A stretch of DNA of 64,000 bases from the NCBI GenBank assembly GCA_003427395.1, contig BFEA01000039.1, positions 1,852,779 to 1,916,778 on the forward strand. Reading direction: 5' to 3'. The notes under the pieces were generated by a model. It searched no databases, had not been told where the DNA came from, and saw only the letters and a program-made list of their open reading frames with translations. Within the stretch, counting starts at the first letter, position 1; every line of letters begins with the position of its first letter. Positions 40,101 to 51,485 of this stretch are shown here, piece after piece. This stretch comes from Chara braunii. Lineage: Eukaryota; Plantae; Charophyceae. Made by a program: the position numbers and the translations under genes.

Positions 40101-43100
40101 ATATCAAATTCCACAGAGTTGGGTGTGGGTCATCCATGTAAGGGGCACTGGACCCGGGGCCATGTCCCACTTGCACCGTTGAGCTAGCTCAACGTTGAGT
40201 ATTCTATTACGTGTGACCTGGGGCGACTCACACGATCACACCAGGAGCGGGGCATCGGGCGGTTGAATTTATTTGTGAAACGATAAACGACTTTCGTTTT
40301 TTTTTTTTGGTCTAAACGAAGGGGAAAATGTGGCCGCCCCCGATTAGAACGCCCCCTACCCTGGCCCACTTCCGTTGAACTAGCTGCCTTTTCAAAAACG
40401 GGGTAGGTAGTTCAACGGTGGCTGCTCGGATAGATTTCCCCCGAAANCGAAAAATTATCGGACACAGGTTCATGATTGCCGTCGTGCCAGGCGCCGTGAT
40501 CGGCGCGTAGTGTCAGACTACACTCCGTAAGCACAGCGCATGAGGTTCTTCACAGATTCAGGCACAGGGAGTAATGATAACGATTTCGCCTTTACTTCTT
40601 TTATTTTTCAATATATTCACAGAATACAAAAAATGGACGGGAGCGGAAACGCTGGGCGGGTAGCGTAGCGCTCCGGTGTTTTCGTCGCCGCACGCGCTTA
40701 GCGCGGGCGGCGCTGCCCTTTCGCCAACTTCGCCACCGAGACGGAGCGCGAGAGCCGCCTTGCACACTCACGCATAATGAGTAGGGCTATGCCCGGGTGC
40801 ACAGGTAGGCATCAGGGTAGTCTGTAGGTGGAGGTGGAGGTATGAGGAAGTAGCAGTTGGTTTTCGAGCACCATAGCTGTGAAAGTATCTCCAGACTTGG
40901 CGGAATCTATCGTGCCGCCTTCTTGGCAAAAGGGCTTGTTTTTCTTGAGGCACGAACTTCTCGGAGAGTGACTCAGTGCGGAGACCTCCGGTGTAGGAGC
41001 AATGCCCGTATTGAGTGGTCACGGTGGTACTGCAAGGCAGGGTTCTAAGTGAGATCATGCCATCAGTTGGGTGTGCGAAAAGTAGGTGTGTGTGGTAGAT
41101 CTGAGTATAACAATCTGCGTACTTCGGCCTCGGGGGTAGTGATATCGAGGGAGGCCATAGTATGGTAAAGGCCGGATTAGGTTTTACTGAAGGGAAGAGG
41201 AAGGTGCGATTCGGTTAATTCCGACAGTAGTGTAATTACCTCAGCACAGTGAACTATATTTCCGTTTCAAATCGGTAATCTCTCGGTTAATTTCTACAAT
41301 CATGAGACGAGGCCAGAGATCCCAGGTGAAGTACCCTCCACCAGGTGCCCCACGGGCGGAAATGTTACGCAAGCTCTATCGAAGTCACACTGTGATAGAT
41401 CTTTCGGAGTAAAGGCGCCATATCCCATGTTTTCACCATTTGGTCTAGGTATTCACCGGAAGAGTTACCCCGCTGTTTCGCTACGCCTGGGAGGTAAAAA
41501 AAGGATCAACGAGGCCGTAGCATGCCGCTGTGCTGCCCGGGCGGATCCTCAGCTCTGTCGTGGTCGATCCGAACGAGCGAGAGTTTTTGCGGGGTAGTTA
41601 TAGGATGCACCTGGTCAAAGGGCAGAGTTAGATCCATGCTCTGGTGATGCACATGGCAAGAGCCACAGCAGAATTCGGGGTCCGCGCCTACTAGATTGGG
41701 AGATTGGCAGTGCTCGCTACTACGGAACTGGTTCCTTTGGCCACCTGGCTCGTTCCGTTCGAGTGGATGAGTGCGGGACGGATGGGTGACGAACCTGGTC
41801 GAGGGGAGGGGTTAGTCCTTCTCAATCTCCGGCAGTGCACAGGGCGAGCGTCACAGTGGTCTCTCGAAACCCGAGCCCATTAAAGGGAGAGGATGGCAGC
41901 GTTTACATCTCCAGAACGGAGTAGAGATTTCCGGGGTAGACCTTCGGGGTTGTTCCTGGCGGTAATTCGCGTGTTGATGCATAGAGCGGTAGGGGTGTAA
42001 CTCTGCTGATGGTAAAGACATTGAGAGAGTCAGAAGTCGCCAGGAAGGAAGGGTGGGATGCTGAGTCACGTACCTGAAGTGGTTGCAGTAGTACGGTCGC
42101 CTTTCGAAGAAGGATAGTAGCGAAGGTGCCAGACACATGGTTCCGGTCATCGTGACAATTCGGAGTGGGCAGGGCTGCCAGGAAAGAGGGAAGGGAGCAT
42201 AAGGAATACGAAGTTCCAGTCAAGGTGTCCCTCCTCAGAGAAAACGCTCAGTATGGAGGGATCTAACGGGAAGCTGTCCCAAAAAAGGTGTATGGGTGGC
42301 AAGTAACCAGGGGAAAGCAGGAACTGTGAGACATCCTTTGCTGTAAAAATACAAAAGAACGAGCTCGAAAAGGTGAGGGATTCAGTGGGGCGGTGTTACG
42401 ACGAGGAAATTTGCCCGGAGGGATTGAACCTGGGCAAAGTAGTCGAAGACGGTGAAGGAAAGAGATTTGTGGTGAACGAGTCAATAAACGAAGTTAAAGA
42501 TCAGTGGCTGAAGGAGAGATCTGTGATAGTGCTTTTTCAAGGGGAGGCAAGAAATTTGGCACGCTCAGTAAAGGAAGATTTGATCCGGGCTTTCGAAGAT
42601 GGCTGGACTGTAAAAAGGTTGTTCCAACCGGAAGCAAGAAGGGGCAGGGTGAAATTCGAAGGCCCGAACGTGGCCTCATATGTGGCTAAGGCGAAGGAGA
42701 TTGCAGAGTGGCTCATCCAGCAAAAAGAGTTACGCATCAAACTGGAGAACAAAGAGTATCTAGTTTCCTTCAAGCCATGACTGTCACAACAGGAGTTGAA
42801 GGAAGTTAAAATTTTAGAGGCAGAAACCAAGTTTTGGATTATGGCCCTACGGGTACCCCTAGATGCATACTACTTCCTACACAGTGCGGTAGTTGGTATC
42901 TTTGGGGAGGTTTTAGCCATGCACAATCCAGAGTACGACCGCGACCGGCCCAAGCTAATGAATGTTAAGTTTGATATGGCTCCAGAGGCACGGTTCATAA
43001 TAGATGATGATCTAATCATCCAGTTCCCGAAGGGGGAACGCTGGAAGGTTGAAATCGTTACACCATACACAGACTGGTGTCGCCGGTGCCGCTGGTACTT

Positions 43101-46100
43101 TCACACAGAGACAAACTGCCCGCGGGCCAGACAGAACGAGGAGAATAGAAGGGTGAACGGGGAAAGGCAAGGAGGTCACAGAGTGAGATTCAGAGAGTTT
43201 CTCAGAGGACAAGAACAGGTGGGGAGAGCTAATCATGCACTCAGAAGGGGAATTCACGAGGTCAATACCTCTCAAGCCCACCAACAACAGCCAGCGGCAA
43301 GGACGTCAGCTCAAGTTCTCTTCCCAACGCATCAGCGAGATGGCTAAACACAACGGCATCATGAAAAAAGAGAACAAGGTCAGCAGACCTGGAGGCCAAA
43401 AGCCTCGGCACAGCTTGACACCCAAGGAGTGGGACCGCATATGCGTACAGGGCGTTGGGGAGACGATCAAGTGGGGGATCCGGGTACTCTTCTTAGATGG
43501 GGAGAGGCTCAGTCTGCTGGAGCTCTCAGGGGGGAATTGGAAGTCAAGGCCAGGCCTGTAACCTACGGGCGGATTTCGGTACGGGTCAACCGGATAGAGA
43601 ATACGGAGGTGGTTACCTGCAAACCAACGGGAGAAGGGGTGAGGATAACTACGTCGGAACAGGACCCGGTCCTTCACACCAATGGTTCCCAGGGAACAAC
43701 CGCCCAAATGTGGGCATAGAGTTGGGACAGTTCAGAGAACAAACGCAAGACCAAGGGGCCCCGTACTCATCGACAACTTCAATCTGGCAACAGCAACAGC
43801 AAAGTCTTTACCCTCCTGCAGGGGAAAGCATGCCGTTCCAGTGGCAGGACAACTTGGGGCATGCCAGGCATCAAGGGTACATTGATCACCCGCAGCCTAG
43901 GTATCCGTCAGCAGAGTATGACTGGCGGCGCCTAGCGACAATGCCTCCGGAGAGACATCCAGAGGCAGTGGATTATCCTAGGTGGGAGGAGAGGAGTGTG
44001 ATGACCAGGAGACGTCACCGCAACAATGGATCAAGATGGGACACGGAGAAGGACGACAAAAGATGGAACAGAGGGGAGAGTTCCCAGTTGTGGAGGCAAA
44101 ACGAGTCGGTGCGTTTCCAACCCATTAGGGAAGAGGAAGCAGCAACTAGGGGACCAGTGGGGGGTCAGAGAGAAAACGTGACAGAGGTACATGAGAAACT
44201 ATCAAAGACTTCAATCACTTCTCATTCAAAGGTAAGGTGGGGGAGCGAGGTTGGAGAGTATGGAATGGAGCAGGAATTTTCCCAGAGGCCGGCGTCCTCT
44301 TCCTCTTCCTCGGTAGAAAGCTCTGCAGCATCGAGATTGAAACAGGGGTTAGAGAGGAAACAGACAGTGGACAAGAGTAGAAGAACAGCGACCCTGGACA
44401 GGCGGTACAATGTTGCGTGGTACCTATCTTGTGTTTACGGATAGAGGATATCACTCTGTTCCTGTCCTTGGTCGGGGAAGATGGATCTCCAGTGATCCCC
44501 TCAGCTGTGGTAGACTGCTGTCCGACGCCGGCAAAAATACTGGAAGTGACGAAGCAGCTCTACAGCGAGCACGTTCCGGTGCGGCTAATTACGCATTCCA
44601 CAATGGAGAGCATGATCTTGGAGACGGTACAGGGCTATGTCAAAATGTACTTTCCCTTGCTGGATGCCAGGATCCCACCGGAAGTAGCAGGTTCGCTGGC
44701 CCAATCAGGGGTCAGATGTTTCATAATGGATCTAATCAGGGAGAGGAATATGGCGGAGTTGGACTGCATCAAAGTATGGCCAGGAATTTCAGCGCAGGTC
44801 TTACTCAAAGTTAATGAGAAGCCATTGGAGGAGGAGAACCTACTCTCTATGTTTTTAGTGAATCGCCTCTCCGAAGAATGGCGGGCGCAGTCTTCCAGAT
44901 CGGGCTCATCGAGGGGCAGCTCAAGCCACAGGTCAAGACAGAGGGCGTCCCGGTCTGAAACAGCAGCGGCACAGGTCGAAGTTCAGCAGAGCATCTCCCG
45001 CATCCAAGATCAGGCAGGCACAACAGCAGACAATTGGACAAGCTTAGAATTGTAACATGGAATGTGAGGGGGCTTGGGGACACAAATGGCAGATCGAAGA
45101 GGAGCAGATTGAGGGGGTGGATTCACGAATGGAAGGCTAATGTGATTCTAGTGCAAGAAACTAAACTCAACGACGGGAAAATTCACGATCTTGCAGCCTG
45201 GTGGAGGGCCCCTCAGGTGTGGGCCCCGGCACGAGGTACTCGGGGAGGAGTAGGGATCCTCCTACATCGGGATCTGCAGGCCCAGGTGATTGATGCAGAA
45301 ACTGATGTTTGGGGGAGATGGGCATGGATGAAGGCGGCGATAGGGAACGAGGAATGGGTATTTATGACAGTCTATGCTCCGACGGATGCGGGGGAAAGGG
45401 CAAGATTCTTCAAAAGGCTGATGCATCACATACCAATGGCTGAGAAACTGGTGCTAGCCGGGGATTGGAATGTGTCCCTCGACGAGGCCCTTAGGCCCAG
45501 GTCTCCAACAGCAGATAGGCAAGATGTGCGTGCTCTGCTGGAATTCTGCTCGGAACTGGAACTCGCAGACCCGTTCCCGGTGCTGAATCCGAATGACCCG
45601 GGATATACCTGGGTCTCACATCTCTATAGGGACAGACAGGCGGTTACTAGAAGGAGGCTGGACTTCTTTCTGCTGGGCGAAGAACTGCAGAACAGGGTGA
45701 CAGCGGTCAGGCAAGTGTGTGACCCGTTGTCGGACCACAAACCGGTAGTGACAGATCTGCGAATGCAGATTGGAGTGGAGAGAGGGAAAGGCTTCTTTCG
45801 GTTGAACAGCCAAGTACTGGAGACCCCAGGGGTAAGAGAATGGGTGACATACCATATGAGGAAGTGGGAGGAAGCAAGAAGGTACTTTGAGAACGCTGCA
45901 CAGTGGTTAGATGGAGGGTTAGCAATTGCTACAGGGGTACTAGATGTGATATCTAGAACCTTGGCGAGGGAAAGAAACAAAAAAGAGGCGGACTGCAAGA
46001 GAAGAGTCGAGGAGGCAGAGTTGAGAATGGAGGGACACCCAATCTCGGCTATGGTTTGGGCTGCAGAACGGGAGAGGCGTTTGTCGGAGTGGGATAATTT

Positions 46101-49100
46101 GCAAGCAGAGAAGGAGAAACGGTGGACAGAGCTACTCAAAGTGAAAGGGATCGAAACCAATGACAAGATGTCAAAGGAGACGTTCCAAAGACTCCAGCCT
46201 AGCGGAACACATCATCAGACGATCGAGCTCAGACACCTGTTTGACGCCGCGGTTCCACCGGCGTGCTCAGCGCCGGGCATGCTGCAGTATGCAAGTCTTT
46301 ACTACGCGGATATCCTCACCACCAGGCGACCGCAAGATGACGTTAACTCTGACCTCTCTGTGGACTCGGACATGTGGGACGACACTTCGGTCAGACTCCA
46401 AACCACAACAAGACTGGACCTGGACAGGCCAATCACGATGGAAGAAACAAGGCAAACGCTGAAGTCCATGGCGAAGGGGAAGTCGCCAAGTGTGGACGGG
46501 CTGACGGTGGAGTTTTACTCAGCAAACTGGGAGGCACTCGGACGTCAGCTGGTAGAAGTCTACAATGAAGTCTTGACAGGAGGCCGGTTGGGGAAGGGTA
46601 TGACGCACGGCATCATCTCGGTCCTGTTTAAGAAGGGTGACAAGGCGGAAGTTAGGAACTGGCGACCATCTCCCTCCTTAATGTCTCGTATAAGATTCTG
46701 GCAAAAACGCTGGCCCGGAGATTAGCCAGATACTTACCGGACCTAATAGAGAAGGACCAGGGGGCATTTGTGCAGGGCCGTTCAATATTCAATAATATTG
46801 TAATGGCCATCGAAACACTGGAAATAGTGCAGAGGGAAGAACTGGACACGGTGGGGTGGGCGTTCACACTCACCACACTGAGGAGAATGGGCTTCGGGCG
46901 GGGTTTCTGCGCATGGGTGATCGCTATGTATACGCTGTCAACTTCGGCAGTCATGATCAATGGGCATGTGTCAGAGGCCTTCCCTCTGTCGAGGTCACTT
47001 AGACAAGGGTGCCCGCTGGCGCCACTGGTCTTCGTATTGCAGTTGGAGGTCCTGCTGAACAAGATTCGGAGGCATCCCAACATTAGAGGCTTGGAACTGC
47101 ACAGGGGTGAAGAGTGCCGGGTGAAGGCCCTAGCGGACGATTTGTCTGCGGTAAGCTCCAACACCGAAACCTCGTTGAAGGCTCTCAAAGAATGCATTGG
47201 AGAGTATGCAAGGCTATCAGAGGCAACCATGAACTGGAATAAGTCCACGTACCTGCTGCCCACACAGTTTACACTGAAGGCAGAATGGGGCATGAAGAGA
47301 GTGGAGGATGGGGAGGAGGAGCGCTTCCTGGGGGTTCTGGTCAGCATGCAGANCGAGTCGTCTACTCAAGGTCTGTTATTGCAACAACGTGTGTCAGCTA
47401 GACTCAGACTATGGGGAATTGCGTTTCATTTGTCCCTAATCGGGAGGGCACTGGTCACCAACGTGGCTCTTTTCTCAATCCTATGGTTCGTGACCACGGT
47501 CAGGGAGTTAGCAGAGGGTGTGATCAAAGCAATTAGACGCCTGGCTTCCAGATTTACCTGGAAACCAAGAGCGCAGGCAAATGAAGGTTACATCTCCAAG
47601 GTAGCCTTTGATACTCTGTCCTTCCCCAGATCGGAAGGTGGCCTGGGTCTTATGGACCCGGCCCGTAGGAACCAGTCCCAGCTTCGTTGCTGGGTTGCCA
47701 GGGTTGCAACACAGAACACAAATGAGCAGTGGGTGATTTTGGCCGAAAGAATTTTGATGGATGAATGGGAACTGTGCAGGCCGGAGGATGTGTGGGTATG
47801 TTGGTTCTTACCTTCTTTCAGGAAGAGGAGATTGAAGTCAGTGTTCTGGGAAGCTATCCGGAAAGCCTGGAAGAAGGTCCCCCCGGATGTGAGGTCTCCG
47901 CCGTCTACCAAGGAAGAAGTGTTGGCTCAAGTCTTGTTCGAAAACCCCGCCATTTTGGACCAATCCGGGGAAAGTTTTGCTGCAAATGGAGCCACAGGGT
48001 TGTTCGGGCTCAGCTGGATCAAGCGTGGGGTAGTGCGGATCGCGGACATCTGGTCCACGCTGTTAGGGACCTGGGCACCTGTCTCAGAGATTAAAGCTTC
48101 ACTCAGAGGCCTGCACAGAGTAGAAGAGCACAGGGACCAAGTTATTAATGCCATCCCTCAGTCTTGGTTAGATCTGCTGGGACCGGAGGGATTGGATCCT
48201 CCAGGCACATGGTACACTTCGACACAGGAGGAGGAGGCGAATGTGGTTTGGAAAGTAACATAAATCACCGAGAGCGGGTTCAGAAAGGTGGAGAGGTGGA
48301 AATGCGAGGGCCCAAGGAACAAACTGTCATTTGTGGAAGAAGAAGTGATTCGCGTCTGGGACAACCCTGCTCAGATCAGGGTGGTGGAGGACCGGAGCAG
48401 ACGACCGGCAGCAGAAGTTGTCACGTGGATAGGAAAGGTTCCTCTGAGAAAACTGTGCATTGATCCTACGGCATGGGGCTGGTCCGCTAACGGGAGTTCA
48501 AATCAAGTCTTGTACTTGAGAGACTATACAGTCTCCAACGGATATCGTCTAGCGGCAGGTAACCTCAAAACACCGGCCAAAATTGCCATCCCCCGCTGGC
48601 AAGCAATCTGTTCGGAAGACTTATCTGACTCGGAGTCGGAGTTTACAAGATTATGGGAGGCCCTGGCCAATTTACCGAATGGCAAACAAGTTAGCATACT
48701 GTGGATGCTGTCGTTGTTAGTCACACCTTCGGCTGTTTGGTGTTTGAGCAAAGGAATGGAGGTAAATGTAGGTTGCTCGAGGTGCCGATGGCCGTTCGAG
48801 TCCACACGTCACCTGTGGNGGGACTGTCCCGCCTCCAAACGAGTCTGGGATTNGTGGGCATACCACTGGAAGGAACTTGGGGGCCAAGAGGTGCAGTGGG
48901 GAGAGAGATGGGTTCTCCTGGGATTTCTTCCCCCAGGGGTATCCGGGAAAAGAGGATGGGGATACATTGCGCACGTGATGAGAGGAGTGATCTGCGAAGT
49001 CATTTGGATGGAAAGAAACAGGTCGAGATTTCAGGGGAGACCTTTCTCCGACCTGGAAACCAAGAGCCACATAAAGCGAAGCCTGAAACTGGCGATCAGA

Positions 49101-50734
49101 GTGGACTGGAGGAGGAAAGCGAAATGCGGCAAGGGTGACAGGAAACATCTCAGGTGGTTTCTACGCACTTGGGCGAGAACGCACAGGCTGGCGGAAGTGC
49201 ACAACAGGAAGGGGCTGATTCTGTCCAACTGGGTCCTGGATGTTAGCAACAACACGTAGTGGCCTGAGAGAGTAGGGTGGGAGCGAGGAAAGCAATTCCG
49301 GAGGGAGGGGAGCTCAGAGTCCGGGGGGGCTCCCTCGAACGGAGGGGCCCCGAGTACCAGGGCACTCGGTCTTCTAGGGCCGCAGTGGGCCTTTAGGTGA
49401 GTGCCAGTAGGGCAGGGACGCAGTCCGCTGGGCCGACTTAGTCCCAGTTCGAATCCCTGTTCCTGTTAAAGGAACAAGCCTCCTGCGACATTGGGAGGGA
49501 AGAAGTCTGGCTTAACTCTAGTAAACTATGCTTTATTCAGTCTTTGCTGTAATGCTTGATGTTTGATTGAGTATCCCTCAGTAGGAAAGGTCATTTTAGT
49601 TGGCCAGACTCTCGGTATAGTTAACATAGCTTCGAAGAAGGTGGGAGCTGAGTGTAGAAGAAGGGGTAACAGTTTGGTTGTACTGCAAGGCTCGGATATG
49701 TTAGTGAAACTGTATAGGACTTTGGAAAGTTGGCAGATTCAACTTTTCGCAGGTGCCAGCCTGTAAGCTAAGCTGGCTGATGCTGTCAGTACCTCCGGGT
49801 AGAATTGTGAGGTCCCCGGCCTCTGTTGTTGGATATAAGGAAAGGAAAGAGATGGGGTTCAGATGTCCAAAAAAAAAAAAAAAAAAAAATCAACAAATTG
49901 AGTGCAGATGACACCCACTCTGTCCGCTTTCTGGCCGGCCGTCTGAGCAACAACCCGGGTTCCCCTGGTTGACCCCTGGTACGTATAGCTAGTCTTCCCC
50001 CGAACAAAACGTACGGTGATTCTGCCTGTATGTGTGACTCAACTTTCACTCCAGATGGAGTGAGAACAACAGGACGTTCTCATTGGGAGAAGGCGGGTAG
50101 AGGCTGCATCCGACCACATCCATCATGGTTGGAAAGCCCTTGGGCACTAGATTAGGTAATGTTCTGAATCCACAGCGTGGGAGGATTTCACACAGAATGA
50201 GCAGATGCGAGATACAACACGCTTTCTATTCTAAGCGTGAGCGTGAATACAGCCACGTGTCGCGCCGAGAGTCGTCCATCTGCCCGCATACCCGTTCCTT
50301 CTCCCGGGATCTCGTATTGGGGAGATACAGCCACGTGTCCATCTTGCCTGGTTCTGTGAACTCGCATCACGTCTAACTGCAAGGCACATTGAGATGCAGA
50401 CATCTACCTTGAATGAGCATTTCAGTCGAAGTTACTGAAATGAGCATTCCAGTCGAAGTTAATGAAATCTTCGGGGGGCTTTGGTTGAGAGTTGCTTACT
50501 GATCATAATTTGTTAATGATGATGATTCTAGTGTAGATCTTCTTTTCAAGTGTCTTTTGACGCTTTTCCTATAGCAGTCTTTAACTGTGAACTTCCACAG
50601 TCGTAGCGGTTTTCACGCTTCCCATTCGCATTCTGGTGGGGATTGGACAGGGAGCGAGCAGATCGAGGTTGCCAATCTATACTTCCAGAGGGCAGTTGTT
50701 GTTTTTTTGTTTTGTTTTGTTTGTTTGTTTGTTT

Positions 50735-50775
<41 letters not shown>

Positions 50776-51424
50776 CTATTTTTTAAGCCCAAGCAATTCA
50801 ATTGCCTAGCTCAGTTGGCAAGGCACGCAAGTGGCAGGTCTTGGGTTCAATCCCCATTGGCCTCATGATCCTTCCTGGGCAAGATTGGCGCCCGCCACCT
50901 AAAGATATGTCGTTGGTCCCCCCCCCCCCAAGTGGCATTGAGCAGAGACTGCTGATGTTCATAGGGGGAGGGAGGGGACCTGAGGGGAGGCACAGCGACT
51001 GGCCCATCGAAGAAGCTCTTTCGGTCCTGATACTACCGGCTGACCCCTGGCCGGTATCACCCACCTGCTGTAGCATGTATGGCACCTGCTGGTGGGTGCA
51101 GCTCCTGCATGTTCCCTCATTGGAGGCTTGAGCACGGATGTGGCTGCTATGGGGTTCTCTCTAATACTGTAATGACAATAAATCTAATACTATACTGACA
51201 ATAATAAAGGCCTGAGAGGGCAGTTTTTTCCCTTCCTTGATACTCTTGCCTTGATAAGTGCTGTCATGATTATTCTGTCTTTGTTTCTAGCTAACCTGAA
51301 TAGTCCAGGTCTGGCCACTTTAGGTTTAGAGGTTAGGGGTTCTTAGGGGTTTGCGAGAGAAATTTCACCTTTCCATGGACATCTGCTGCAGGCTGTGGGG
51401 TCCTGTCCTGGAAACAGTTTTTTG

Positions 51425-51485
<61 letters not shown>

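Larger units (their letters stand above)
40455..49889 (+). mobile_element. L1/Tx1-clade LINE, near full length, decayed
   Basis: ORF1 remnants with CCHC knuckle, ORF2 APE-RT-zinc finger, ~600-nt 3' UTR, poly(A) at 49869-49889; 5' boundary inferred. Confidence 0.9.
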
